A stretch of 63,908 bases of DNA, filler included, from Rozella allomycis CSF55 (taxonomy: Eukaryota), in NCBI GenBank assembly GCA_000442015.1. It is 5 parts of 5 records of this genome, joined end to end, with 100 filler letters (N's around TTAATTAATTAA, not from the genome) between each part and the next. Parts side by side here need not be neighbours in the genome. Positions count along the whole stretch, not along the records: positions 1 to 2,672 come from KE561191.1; positions 2,773 to 7,805 come from KE561192.1; positions 7,906 to 27,238 come from KE561193.1; 2 more parts are not named here. One strand, written 5' to 3'. The notes below the pieces were generated by a model that saw nothing but the letters and a program-made list of their open reading frames with translations, did not search any database and had not been told where the DNA came from. Positions within the stretch are counted from its first letter, which is position 1; each line of letters starts with the position of its first letter. This document shows, piece after piece, positions 1 to 12,554 of the stretch. A program made the position numbers and the translations under genes.

Positions 1-41
1 ATAAATTCAATAAATTACCTTTATCGTTTACTTCTTTTTAT
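1..41 (+). repeat. 3' end of a Copia-family LTR (partial)
   Basis: ATAAATTCAATAAATTACCTTTATCGTTTACTTCTTTTTA matches the ends of the LTR copies at 1554-1681 (+), 2633-2672 (-) and 3423-3552 (-). Confidence 0.75.
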
Positions 42-1422
42 AGATATGTAACAGTTTTTCTTCATAAAGCAAAGTCGGATGCGTTTGATGCATACAGACA
101 ATATTCAACAAGAGTCCTTAATATTTTCAATCGTCAGATTTTTTTGNAAACTAGTTTACAAAATGGAACTCGAATTCAAACAACGACTTCTTATACCCCT
201 CAACAAATTTAAATAGCTGAAAGACTAAATAGAACTCTTCCTAATTCTGTCAGATCTATCTTACATCACAGTAATTGGCCTTTCATATTATGGTCTGAAG
301 CTTTAGCAAATCAAGTTTACATTCACAACATCTCTTCGTTATCTTTCGATAACTACTTTAAAACAGCTTCAGAACTTTGGACTGCCGACGTCTTTCATCT
401 TCGAATTTTCGGTGAACCTGCATTCGCTGTCAATAAAAAGCCTACGAGAAAGAAGTTGGATTTAAGATGTGAGGAATATATTTCAAATTTTTACAAAGTG
501 AAGGTTACTCTCCAGATAGTTCTTATCCTTGTATCTATATTGAACGATAGTTCTAAGAATATAATTGTTGGATTTATTAGTCTTTATGTTGATGATTTCA
601 CTATTGCAGAGAAGAAAGAAACAATGAATTTAAAGATTGATTCCTTGAAGAAACGATTTGAAATGCCTGATTCGGGTCAAAAGTGCTGAACAGGATGATG
701 GTACTTCGAATTCCTTATGTGAATCATTTTGAACAATCATTGGATGTCTTTTTTCAATAGCTATCAAGACAAGGCCTGATATCTGTTTTGCACTTAATCT
801 ACTTTCTCGTTTCCAAGATTCTCCTAGAGATATTCATTGGTTATGTCTTAAGCGTGTACTGCGTTATTTGTAGGGAACTCCTGATGTTGGAATTGGTTTA
901 GGTGGTTTAGCAGAACTAAAGTTATCTTGATACTCGGATGCCGGTTTTGGTGGAGGTGATCTTGAACATCCTTCTATTGGTGGTTATCTTATTCAGTCGG
1001 GGAACTTTTCTATCTCGTGGAAGAGCTTTAGGCAAAAGAATACTGCTAAATCTAGTTCTGAAGCGGAATACACTTCTCTTGTTTGGGTGGTTTAGCGGAA
1101 GTAAAGTTATCTTGTTACTCGGATGCCGGATTTGGTGGAGGTGATCTTGAACACCGTTGGTGGTTATCTTATTAAGTTGGGGAACTCACCTATTCCTTGG
1201 AAGAACTTTAGGCACAACAATACTGCTAAATTTAGTTCTGAAGCGGAATACATTTCTCTTGCGACACATCAGAATAGTGTGAAGCATTTGGATGTTGGAT
1301 ATCGTATTACTAGACAGCAGCATGAAAATCGAACCATACATGTAACCTTTTGTGAAAGTCAAAGTATGCTCGCCGATATATTTACTAAAGCTCTCCACCG
1401 CCCTCGACTTCTTCTCGACTAG
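42..1422 (+). mobile_element. Degenerate Ty1/Copia pol: integrase, RT and RNase H fragments
   Basis: Integrase motifs YTPQQ..AERLNRTL and LWSEAL..VYIHN; RT motifs LYVDDF and [16 protein letters not shown]; RNase H motifs YSDA, WKS..Q...AKSSSEAEY, KHLDVGY and LADIFTKAL. Frameshifts and stops throughout. Confidence 0.9.
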
Positions 1423-1553
1423 GTCTAAAACAGATGGTTCATGTCAAGAATATTAAATGAATTGCTAATTATATTTAATTCATTAAATGGAAATTTACTA
1501 ATTAATTCANCGCCCTCGACTTCTTCTCGACTAGGTCTAAAACAGGTGGTTCA

Positions 1554-1681
1554 TGTCAAGAATATTAAATAAATTGCTAATTATATTTAATTAATTAAAT
1601 GGAAATTTACTAATTAATTCATCACTCATATATATACACAGCATAAATTCAATAAACTAACTTTACGTTTATTTCTTTTTA
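1554..1681 (+). repeat. Copia 3' LTR (~128 bp); 1442-1509 is a partial copy at an n-joint
   Basis: Begins TGTCAAGAATATTAAAT just downstream of the RNase H fragment; near-identical to the reverse complement of 3423-3552. Confidence 0.8.
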
Positions 1682-1699
1682 ATAGCACGATAGTGTCCT

Positions 1700-2630
1700 G
1701 GATAGGGTATCGGTTATAACTCCTAGAAGTTGTTGTAAGACCAAGTAGGCTTAGGGAATTGTTGACGTTGTCTAATTGTCAATTGTTGTTTGATAAGTTG
1801 CGAGAGACATAATTTCATTGGTGCCTTAGGCAATTATGTCATGAAATGTGTTTTTCGTCATTTTTCGAAGATCCGGAAATATATTATTGTATTCGATGTG
1901 AGGAATCAATAGGTGAATATCCTAGTCGCGGTGGTTTAAGCGATGAGTTGGTAGGGTTCTTAGTGACAGGTTTAGTTCCAAACGCCGCTCACTGGCAAAG
2001 CATCGAAAATATTTGGTATAGTTTAGTAGTCTAAAGGACACTCCAGTAGGCCTAGTGGTCGCCGGTATTGCATTTGAAAGATTGTGAGGCACTCCCGCAG
2101 TATTATTCCTAAACTGTTGTCACCGCGGATGATGTTTTCAAGTGTTTGGAGGGGCTATTGGTTGTAGATTTGTTCAATTGAAGGTATAATAAGTAGTCAG
2201 GAGTGGTTGACTCCGTAATCTGGGGTGGAAAGCGGTAAGTTGTATTTTGACTTCAATATTTTCTTGAGAGTGAGGTCAATTTTTGGACACTGAGTTTTGT
2301 TTTTGACGCTTATCTGTAGCCGGTAAGCTAAGCCTTGTGATAGTACGGTCTTCAGGATGTATTGTGTGATGTGGTTTGAGGTGTGTCGGGTATAGATTTT
2401 GTGAATGTACGGGATATTTTGTTCGTGACACTTTCATATTTTCAGTGTGTTGGCTGACCATTGTTATCTGGACACCAAGAGCTTTATCTCGCATGTATTG
2501 CGGTAGGACTTTGATCGGTTCGTTACTGCATGGCAGTAGAAAGGGCGGCTGTTTAATTGGTTTGAATAATGGTTTGGGTACACTCATTAATTGGTTGTGT
2601 GTAATGGTAAAAAATGTGTAACATATCTGG
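1700..2630 (-). mobile_element. Probable non-LTR retrotransposon (LINE) remnant, post-RT region
   Basis: Minus-strand frame YILKTVLSQGLAYRLQI..CPKIDLTLKKILKSKYNLPLSTP resembles the thumb/post-RT region of fungal LINEs; multiple stops. Confidence 0.4.
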
Positions 2631-2772
2631 AGAATAAAAAGAAGTAAACGTTAAAGGTGATTTATTGAATTTNNNNNNNNNNNNNNNNNNNNNNNNNNNN
2701 NNNNNNNNNNNNNNNNTTAATTAATTAANNNNNNNNNNNNNNNNNNNNNNNNNNNNNNNNNNNNNNNNNNNN

Positions 2773-3408
2773 AAAAATGTGCACAAGACATTAAAACAGT
2801 TGCAGATACAGACTTTGGATCTTGTATCATCTGAGTGTTTGTTTCATTTAGCACTCTTCTTTCTATATCATCGATTGTCAGTCAAATGCTTGTCCAAGGT
2901 TTCAAGAGAAGTACGAATATGATAAAAATTTCCGGCTAGTTNNNNNNNNNNNNNNNNNNNNNNNNNNNNNNNNNNNNNNNNNNNNNNNNNNNNNNNNNNN
3001 TTGTCAACTTCAACACTAGTAGAACCAAACGCAGTTTTCAAATTATGACTTAGCGCTTTTAAGGCTAGAAAATCATTATCCAATTTTGACATGTTAGAAG
3101 AATACGAAAAGCTAGCAAGTTCACTAACGGCGCTAATAGTATTAGCCACAGAAGCAGATGCGAAACGTGACAAGAGAGAATTCCATATATCTGTAGCACT
3201 AGAGTTAAGAATATAAATTGACTCTTAATGTTTTATCCATATTTAACAGTAGACATTGAGTCTGATCCATTTCATTCCACATTGAAACATTAGCTACAAG
3301 TGATTGAATTTCAAAGCACCAGTCAAAGTAGTCAGTCTTTGAGCGTAGAGTAGTTTCGACTTTGAGTTTATCAGGAGTGTAAGATACTAATTGACCTTGA
3401 GTTGGCAT
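2773..3408 (-). mobile_element. Copia gag fragment
   Basis: ATG immediately after the LTR and PBS; DYFDWCFEIQ and IWNSLLSRFAS are gag-like; disrupted by a stop and a gap. Confidence 0.65.
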
Positions 3409-3410
3409 GA

Positions 3411-3422
3411 GTGCTGATAACG
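3411..3422 (-). other. Primer-binding site CGTTATCAGCAC (tRNA-Ile anticodon-arm type)
   Basis: Directly between the 5' LTR end and the gag ATG; complementary to the GUGCU-IAU-AACG arm of eukaryotic tRNA-Ile. Confidence 0.6.
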
Positions 3423-3552
3423 TAAAAAGAAGTAAACGTTAAAGGTAATTTATTGAATTTATGCTGAGTATATATATATGAGTGATAAATTGATTAGTAA
3501 ATTTCCATTTAATTAATTAAATTAATTGGCAATTAATTTAATATTCTTGACA
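3423..3552 (-). repeat. Copia 5' LTR (~130 bp, TG...TA termini)
   Basis: Reverse complement starts TGTCAAGAATATT and ends CTTCTTTTTA, matching the other LTR copies. Confidence 0.8.
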
Positions 3553-4814
3553 GTTTGAAGCATGCAAGAGATTTTCATCAATAACTACTCCCAGTTTATC
3601 AAATTCCCAAGACGGCATTGATAGGTGCCATGGTCATGTTCCATTTCAAGGACTTCTAACGAATGTTGGATTTTCTTGTTTTTATGAAGCACTTCTATCA
3701 ACTCAGTAACCCCATTCCGTGGCATTGTAATAAATCCCGCAGCTAAGAGCCTGTTTTATAATGCCCTGCTCAGTATGAAAAGGAAAAACTATTGGGATAG
3801 ACATTTGTGTTACGGTGATCAACTGGCTGAAAAGAATTAATTCATCAATTTATTCTATCTTTTCGAAGTTGATTGTGTGGACCGACCAAGTTGGTGTCAT
3901 AACACGAGAAACCAACGCAAATCGAAGTCCCAATGTTTTTCACAAAAAACATTGTATTTTCCGTAGCTTTAGCGGCACTGATTGAGCACACTCAGTTTAC
4001 CAGCTCACCTCGACATCTGAAAATTTTTTATGGTCTAAATGCTAATACATTACCGTATGTCGAAAAAAGAGTCGCAAATAGAAACGCCACTGTCGCAACT
4101 CTTTTTCAAAAGTCACAATTTTGATAGAGCTTTACGCAATATTTTTGAATTGCGAATTACAAAAACAATGTTTTCATATTAAGGCTTTTGAAACCCTTAA
4201 AAAAGACATTTTTTGGCGAGAATCTGAAATGGCAAGACAGAAGCTGTACTCAAACGCTAATAGGCTTCAATTTCATTCACTCATTCCCGAGCGTGGATAT
4301 AAAACGGTTTCGGAATGCTCTGGCGGGTCTTGCATTGGAGAACCGAAAAGATTCCAAGACCAAGTCTGTGACCAGTCCCGCCAAAATCACTTACAAATGG
4401 CCGCAACGTCAATGGGGAGTGCATTCCGTTTTAACATTCTGTTTTGTAGTATGTGCAACGTTGTTGGGCTCAATCCTTACAAGTGAACGGTACTTTGATT
4501 GCTATGGAGCTTTTTACAAAACAAAGAGATGAATTTAATAGTTTTTCAAAATGCCCAAAATTTGGTTTATTTTATTTTAACGAAACATAATGTTGTTTTA
4601 CGCGCTATTACGCAAGTAGATTATACTGTCCCCTGTAACCCTGAAGCAAAACAAGCAGAATGTTTAACTGAATATCATATTTTGAAAGTGAATTTTGATT
4701 CGGATTGTATAATTAATTTTAATGAAACACCATTGGCTATATGATATCCTAAGTAAAAGAACCTTAGCCCCCGCGGAAGCAAAACAATCAAAGCCCAAAG
4801 CGACGAACATTAGC

Positions 4815-5560
4815 AACTTGAGAATATCCTCGAGCAACTATTCTAGCTTTATATCGAGCAATAGAACCATCTGGATTTCGTTTAATTCGAAAAACCCATC
4901 TATTTGATATTGGAACTTCACCAGTAGGTAAATCAGTAAATTACCAAATTGACATCTTATTTTAAGCTATTCGGTTCTTCATAGACAGCTTCCATCCACA
5001 AAGATTCATCAGGTCGTCCTTTGATTTTAGAAAAATATTCCGGAACTTCAGGAAACGTATATAGAGTACAAGCAGAGTAATCAACCTTCTTACATGTTCT
5101 TCGACTATTTTCTGGAAGGATATGTTTAAAAGAAATATCAGAATAATCTATTTTAACATCAATCGCAGCAGTTTGGACTTCTTCAAAAATTGCGGAATTT
5201 TCTAAATGCATTGTAAATTCTTCGAAGGTTGTAGAAGAAGAATTATCACTTTGAAGTTCCAAATCATGATTTTGTGCTTCCATATATTGTCTATTATCAT
5301 CCAAATTTTGTTCCAGATCAATATCATCAATATTATCATTATTATCATTTGTCTCAATATCCGTATTTATATCAACATTATTCCCGCTTCCACAAGACCC
5401 AGTAGTCGAGAGGTCTGTATCGAGGTGCAGGTCCCACGTTCGACTCTTGCCGTGGTCTTCTTTTTATTATTTCTCGGAACTTCTTTAGAAATTTCTTGGT
5501 AAAAAAAATTTTCACCCTGGTCTTTTACTTCAGCAGTTTCGTCAAACGACAAAGTAACAA
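4815..5560 (-). mobile_element. Copia integrase-RT linker and RT N-terminus remnant
   Basis: PEVPEYFSKIKGRPDESLWMEAVYEE followed, after a frameshift, by DLPTGEVPISNRWVFRIKRNPDGSIARYKARIVARGYSQ. Confidence 0.85.
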
Positions 5561-5639
5561 AGTTTCAATTTAAATTTGAAACAGCTGAATTCTTTTGGTA
5601 ATAACCTTTTCTATTTTGGATAACTTTTACAAAGCGACG

Positions 5640-6168
5640 GAAAAGCCAAGAAAGAAAATTACGCTTGGATTAACTGTGACTCTCTTTGGAAACATTTTGA
5701 AACCTTTTGTTGTTTTTCATAGAAAACAAATGGCAGGATAGAACTTGAAATCAAAAGTGATTCGTTCTTTATGCTTCGCCACAGTAAATGACGCTGCATA
5801 TACGGATAAAATTAAAATAATGAATCGGACAAATGCACTGTTAAAACCCTTTTTGAATCAATGGCGATGTCTCTTAATTATGGACAATGTTTCAGCCACT
5901 TGCACCAATTTGATTCTTTCTTTTTTTAATTCAAGCTATATCACAGTTCTCCTCCTTCCACCGAACATGACACCACTTGACGTCGGGTGCAACCAACCCG
6001 TCCAAGCATATTGTAGATAGGGCTGGGTTTTCAATGAATGCGTAATAGTACATTAAATCCAATAGCAGAACGACGAAGATTTAGTCACAGAATTGTAAAT
6101 GCTACCTCAAAGATTACGACGGAAACGATCTTAAACTCATGGAGGCAGACAGGGATGCTAAAATAGTA
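5640..6168 (+). mobile_element. pogo/Fot1-type DDE_1 transposase remnant
   Basis: NAWIT, LLIMDNVSAT, LLLPPNMTPLDVG..QPVQAY and ETILNSWRQTG motifs; disrupted. Confidence 0.75.
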
Positions 6169-7905
6169 ATATTAAATAAGTATTTATTCTAAAGTAACAT
6201 GTTCATTTTAATTATTTAATGACGATTGATTTCACTCATCCGCAACATTTATGCGCAAATCTTACTTCGTCATGAATCAATTCGCCATGCATTTGTTCAA
6301 ATCAATCCTCATTTTCGTCTCGTCATTATCCAATTTTACATGGAGAAGAGGGTAAAAACGCATTCTATTTTGGAAAAAAACATTCTGCATTTTTTAGAGG
6401 GAAAAAAATGCATATAGAATCAGGTAATTAAGCACAAGAATGGAGGAAAACGACAAAAAAATGTCCAAAGTGTTTACAAATTGGAAGGAATACCATGGAC
6501 AAATATTAAAAATAATGAAAATTTACAAAGCTTGCTGTAACAATTAAAAGTTACCCCAAGCCTCGCTGACTTCCCACCTTCAAATCTATGGCTTTGGCAA
6601 TGGCAGGTGTCAGTGTGCTAATCATACCCATCAAGATTGTACACTCATGAATGCCACAGACTCGACTGCATTTAAAAATGAAAGTTTCTAAGAAAGGATG
6701 TTGCGTTAATACATCGTAAATTTTCTGTCTTCAGACCATAAGAAATTTGCAATTAAAGTCAATCAGTGCGTTTGTCCAAGCGTTGCGGTTGGTCATTGGA
6801 ATTTTAGAAATATCAGTGGCGCAGATATCACACCTTTACGTACCGGGAATTTTCAGATGATTAACCCCTGTCATCGAGGATATATATGTGGCAATNATGG
6901 ACAAATATTAAAAATAATGAAAATTTACAAAGCTTGCTGTAACAATTAAAAGTTACCCCAAGCCTCGCTGACTTCCCACCTTCAAATCTATGGCTTTGGC
7001 AATGGCAGGTGTCAGTGTGCTAATCATACCCATCAAGATTGTACACTCATGAATGCCACAGACTCGACTGCATTTTGAAATGAAAGTTTCTAAGAAAGGA
7101 TGTTGCATTAATACATTGTAAATTCTGTCTTCAGACCATAAGGAATTTAAGTCAATCAATGCGTTTGTCCAAGCGTTGCGATCGGTCATTGGAATTTAGA
7201 AATATCAGTGGCGCGGATATCACACCTTTACGTACCAGGAATTTTCAGATGATTAACCCCTGTCATCGAGGATATATATGTGGCAATTGTGGTTCCCCTG
7301 TATGGAGCCCGATAATTGCAATATTCTAGTTTACGAAGGCGAAGGAAAGTCATTGGAGACATAAAGTCCGTCATTCAGGCTGACGGCATAAGTCGTAACG
7401 TAAAAGTGTTGCGTAATAATGCCATCAATGTGTGTCCAATTTGTCATAGCATTCAAAGCATAGTTGAAAATNAAGGCCGTCATTCAGGCTGACGGCATAA
7501 GTCGTAATTTAAAAGTGTTGCGTAATAATTCCATCAATGTGTGTCCAATTTGTCATAGCATTCAAAGCATAGTTGAAAATAATCAAAAGTCTTTACATTT
7601 GTAAGTTTACTTATTTTACTAAAATAGACGGTATCTCAAATGCCAATGTGGAAGCAAATGTGAAGTGCAATTTAGGGCCACGTCATGTCTAAAATGTGGT
7701 CACATTAAAGTTGAAAAAAATTCTTTAAAACATTTTCCGGCCACCGAGGATGACAATATTATGGCTTGTAAAGGACTCTTTACAAGTCGTATGCTGGCGT
7801 ATATANNNNNNNNNNNNNNNNNNNNNNNNNNNNNNNNNNNNNNNNNNNNTTAATTAATTAANNNNNNNNNNNNNNNNNNNNNNNNNNNNNNNNNNNNNNN
7901 NNNNN

Positions 7906-8810
7906 GAAAGGGCTATAAAACTCTCTTCGCTGTCCAGAATACTAGAATCCGAATCCTTAATGTCATCGAGCAATGCATCCATGTCAAAGATATCATCCAA
8001 TTCCAAAAACATTTGCTGAATGTTTTCGTCTTTTAATTCATATCCTTTTAATTTAATAGAAGTTTCATTTGAAAGCATTTGAAGTGCCTTGATAACACCA
8101 CACCATGTAACTTACTTGAAAATTAGCTTTGCAGCAAGAATCTTCTAATAAATTGTCAAATGCGCTTTTGGGTGCACTATCGCTTCTATTATGGACTGCT
8201 CTTGGCTTTTGACTATCCAAGCCGGTCTTTTAAAACTAAGGACTTGTATTACTTTTTCAGATATTATTCCGATTGTCTTTTTCCCAATTAATTCAAGCAT
8301 GTTTAATCCTTGATTAACTACCTCAACATCTTCAGGCTTCTGAATGCTTTCAACAATTTTTCCTGCCTTTTCAGATATATCAGAAAGGTTAACTTCTTCA
8401 ACCTTCCTCATCCCACTAAGAAAAACAGATCCGAGAGTATCTGATGCGAAATCAAATGTCTTATCTAATCCATTTAGTATTAATTCAGTCGGATTCGCTA
8501 CTGGGTTATAGTCGATCCCTTTTCCTGAATCATCAAGTTTGTCATAAACTTTATCCACAGAATCCTTGATATTCTCACCTTTTTATAGCCATAAAAATGT
8601 GATACCAATTGTTTTAACAAAAGAAGATCCCCAGGAAAACCAACTATTTGCATTAGCATTATTCACCACGTTGACTTCATCATTTTCTTTAGGCGAAACG
8701 GATGCTGGTGCTTGTTGATAATTATCATTTGTTTTAAGCACATTTGGTTGAATTTCTTCGTCTGAATGTTCATTGGCACTTTCGAAATCACTCTCAGAAT
8801 TATCTGACAT
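7906..8810 (-). CDS. FAM114/Noxp20-like protein, 3' end lost in gap; 3 introns
   Basis: SWFSWGSSF, GLNMLELIGKKTI and ALQMLSNE resemble FAM114A; GT-AG introns of 26-28 nt join the ORFs. Confidence 0.6.
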
Positions 8811-9105
8811 AAGCCGATATTTCCAGAACTACTCCTTAAATGAATCAGGTCCCAGGATGCAAAATGCAATTAAATATTGATTTTTATTTGCTTTAACGAC
8901 TTTAATAGAATGTATTTTGTAATTTTTCCATGTGAGGATGTCAGAAGTCTCAAAGCCGAATAGTCGATAGTCATATTAACGAGTATTAAACTCGAAAGTT
9001 TGGATGTGTAAATACATGTAACATGATATGAAATAAGTGATTTCATGATAGATGTCCTCTTTTTCCACATCAATTTCTTGAAAATTTTCGGAAATTGATT
9101 TGTAA

Positions 9106-10224
9106 ATGAGATTCCTAATTAGACGATTTTATTCTCAATCGACGGTAAGTAACTCTATAAAATCAGTTGTTGGACTTGGTTTGGATGTTAATGACAAAGC
9201 TTCTGATACCAAGTCAATAATGAAAGGTACCTTTGTCGATAGGGTACAGAAATTGGAAAAGGCCAGCTTAGCGATGGAGCAAAACATTGACAATGAGATG
9301 GTATTTCTACCGGTTGATGTTGAAAAAAATAAAAAATTGTTGTTACAGTCAGCGGCCCTTGAAGAAAAGGATGCAGAGATTTGGGGTGATTTTGATTTCA
9401 AAAAGTGTCTGAAAAACTTTGAGGAAACATCAATAAAAGAATCAAAAGTTAATGTACAAAAGTACATGGATCAGAGAGAACTATTTTTTGAATCTCTCCA
9501 TGATCAAGTGCAAGACCTTCCAAAGTCTGGTAAGTAAATTTTAATCAAGCAAACAGATCCCGACAGACTTGAATTAGTTCGGTCCAAACAATTTGATGAA
9601 GAGAATCTATCTAGTGAGGCAATAACAGTCCAACAATTAATGGCGGCATCGGCGCATATAGGACACATGTCTAGTCACACTTCCCATTATAATTACCATG
9701 CAGGGAAGTTTTGCCTGGGTAGCCGTGAAGGGATAATGATCATTGACTTGGACAAGACTTTGTTTGCTTTGAGAAGATGCATAAATGTAGTCAGAGAAAC
9801 GGCAAGCAAAAGAGGGTTAATTCTATGGATTGGTACGCGTGCACTGGTTTCGCGATTGACTTATGAATGTGCTAGAAATTCTGGACAATATTACATTGAT
9901 GATACATATGTACAAGGGACGATTACAAACAGATTGAAAATTCTAAACTGCGATGTTGTCCCTGATTTGATTATTTTACTTTCTCCCGGAAAAGATAAAT
10001 ATGCACTCGAGGAAGCTTACAAATCAAGTATCCCGACTATTTCTATTTGCGACACTGACACACATCCAATCAAAATAACGTATCCCATTCCTGCTAACGA
10101 TGACGCTTTAGCATCAGTTTCATTGATAGCCAAATCTTTAATGTATGCAGCCATTGAAGGAAGAGAAATTGCAAACAATTCAGGAAAATACAGTTTCAGT
10201 CCTGCAAAATCACCTTTTAGATAA
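9106..10224 (+). CDS. MRP4: Mitochondrial ribosomal protein uS2m; one 27-nt intron
   Basis: AHIGH, IIDLDKT, PDLIILL, DTDT.P..ITYPIPANDD are S2 motifs; N-terminal presequence; intron 9530-9556. Confidence 0.9.
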
Positions 10225-10242
10225 ATAATGATTTATTTTTAA

Positions 10243-11037
10243 TTATTGCAAAATTTTAAGTTCTATCAACCTATTAGATAATGTTTTCTCAATCAATTCT
10301 TTCGCGATTGATGCAATGTCTTTAGGTGGTTCATCCACTAGGCCTTTAACCGTTTTGGAAGAACCAGTGCATTTAATTTTGTTTATCTAAACAAAATGAG
10401 GCCTTAAACTTACATTTTTCTCATGGCAAAGACTTTTTGAATGGAAAACAAACATATACGTACACGTTTTCTCTTCCGTAACACTGTATAAATGATCCAT
10501 TTCATGATGCCCACATTCAAACTAATTTTTGAAACAAAGTTTGGTTACTTTGACTATTGATGTTCTAGAAATATCTTTTCCAATATCACATGGTGTACCA
10601 TTAGAAAAATACTGATAGTAAGTCCCATTGACAATATCTGCTTTTTCATAGTTTCCAAGGTTAAACTCGTCAAGTTTATTGCTTGATTGATGGAATTGCC
10701 TAGTTTTCATTTTGTAGCAGTACTCAAATGTCCAGTAATTCATTTTCTATTACTAATAACTATTCTGATTTACCAGCTGAAAACACTTTCCCTTCAAACC
10801 TTGAAAGGTTTCTTTATTTAGCTCTACTGGTTTATTTTCAGAGGACTCAACGCTTTTCGGGAACTCGCAATAAATTTCTTTTCCTGTTGGAAGTTTCATT
10901 TTTATACCATTCGTAGAGTTCTTATTAAATCATAGCATATGATTTACTACAGATTTTTTATACTCAATACCATAGTAAACATCCTGAATGGATAAACCCG
11001 ATACGGATATAAGAAAGAACAAGGAACTGAATATCAT
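10243..11037 (-). CDS. OS-9/Yos9-like MRH (PRKCSH) domain ER lectin; 4 short introns
   Basis: Signal peptide; YWTFEYCY..RQFH, YQYFSNGTPCDI..R...VKFEC and C.YMFVFHS..LC motifs. Confidence 0.75.
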
Positions 11038-11094
11038 TACGGTCTACGGAATTTTCTAAATTTGTACATTCTTTTTTTGTTGACTAATTATTGG

Positions 11095-11661
11095 ATGAAA
11101 CAATTGTTTTATTTTAGAAATACTTTTCGAGAATATTCATTGATACCGTTTTCACGAATTTCATCCTTCAATGAAATCCCTGACCCAAAACATACAATAT
11201 CATCATTTATCAAAGGTGTATACATAAGGGATGAAATTGGTTCATACAAAGTTGCTTCTTATTCAATACTATTTCCATTTTACGAAGAATATAATGAATG
11301 TGGAAAGGCTTTGCTTTCTATTGTAACTCGTCGAAGAGTCCAATTATTTGCACTTAACAAAGCCATTATGGTCGCTGATGCTATGAATCCGAGTTTTAGC
11401 ATGTCTTTGAGGGTTTTTACTGAATCTCAAAGTCTGTCACGCTTAATTAATGAAACCATTTATGAGTACGCTGCCAACAAATGGTTCATTAAAAATACTA
11501 CAACTCCAGTGAAAGATTATGATATCCTAAGAGTAATATATTTAGCGAAACAAAAACGCGATATAAAATTAAAGCATGTGATAATATCCGAAGATTCAAC
11601 AAGTTGGTTTAACAAGAACAATCAGTTAGCAGAAGATTTGGCGATGAGCGTTTATAAATGA
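11095..11661 (+). CDS. RNase H1-fold protein with substituted catalytic residues (probable pseudo-enzyme)
   Basis: Collinear by eye with 12555-13133: YSILFPFYEEYNECG vs YAVIFPFHKDLNEHG; TRRRVQLFALNKA vs TNNRAEMFAIIKA; LRVFTES vs LKIYTDS; NQLAEDLA vs NRKADELA. Confidence 0.7.
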   Translation: MKQLFYFRNTFREYSLIPFSRISSFNEIPDPKHTISSFIKGVYIRDEIGSYKVASYSILFPFYEEYNECGKALLSIVTRRRVQLFALNKAIMVADAMNPSFSMSLRVFTESQSLSRLINETIYEYAANKWFIKNTTTPVKDYDILRVIYLAKQKRDIKLKHVIISEDSTSWFNKNNQLAEDLAMSVYK

Positions 11662-11720
11662 CTTAATGCTTTAGTAATGGCTACACATTGACTTATTGCT
11701 AATAAATTCATTTTTCATAT

Positions 11721-12380
11721 TTATTGCTTTTGAAGTGCAGAATGCAGATGTTCTTGAATTTCTTCAATATTTTCTGAACCGTAAACCATAGCAATGAAGT
11801 GGGCTAATTTATCTATTGGATATTCAACATATGCCCTAGCGCCCCAAGAGTAATAAGTTTGATCATCTATAGCACCATCCTTAATTTTCATTCTATCCAG
11901 GTAATTCTGTTTTATCAAATCTGTTAAAACTTCCGGTATCTTTTGCCCGAATTCTGTGTCTTGTGATATGTTAATATCAAGGGCATCTTCCAGAGACTTG
12001 TTTAATTCACCCTGCGACAATTTATTATCATTCAAAGCAACAAAAGCCAAAATAAAACTTATCAAGCCTACTTTAGGTAGAAATGGATACAAATTTTTAG
12101 CATCTTTATACGTTTCTTGGACAACTTCTGCATATTCTGCACTTTCCCTATTTATCAAAATAAACGAATTTTTTTTCTTGTCCGCTTTTACAAGTTCAAA
12201 ACCAAATGTTTCTTTTAGTTTGCGATTGGTTTCATCAACTAGAACGTCAAATGAGCCTCTATGGTCTTTCAGCAGTGTCTGGCGAATGATATCCTTTTTG
12301 ATTAGTTGTTTTTTGTTTTCTAAAAATATAGCATGTCTGGCAAATGCAATAGATGTATCTTCATAGTCTTCATTCGCCAT
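11721..12380 (-). CDS. NSE3: MAGE-family / Nse3 subunit of the Smc5/6 complex
   Basis: IKKDII, LKETFGFELV, SFILIN, KVGLISFILAFV, LIKQNYL and YYSWGARA MAGE motifs. Confidence 0.85.
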   Translation of the reverse strand: MANEDYEDTSIAFARHAIFLENKKQLIKKDIIRQTLLKDHRGSFDVLVDETNRKLKETFGFELVKADKKKNSFILINRESAEYAEVVQETYKDAKNLYPFLPKVGLISFILAFVALNDNKLSQGELNKSLEDALDINISQDTEFGQKIPEVLTDLIKQNYLDRMKIKDGAIDDQTYYSWGARAYVEYPIDKLAHFIAMVYGSENIEEIQEHLHSALQKQ

Positions 12381-12554
12381 TATGCACTTCGCAAAATTAC
12401 TTTTACTTTTTTAGAAAAAAGAAAAATAGGGTTAAAAGGATTATTTAAATTTTAAAATACTTAAAAAATATATAAACCATTATCACATGTTTGTGCCTTC
12501 AATTATTTAGTGGCTTCACTGATCGTTCCGAAAAGGTATATTTGTAAATTCAGT

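Noticed and set aside
2717-2728. Recurrent palindrome TTAATTAATTAA
   Set aside because: Always embedded in N-runs; an artificial contig spacer, so adjacency across these points is not biological
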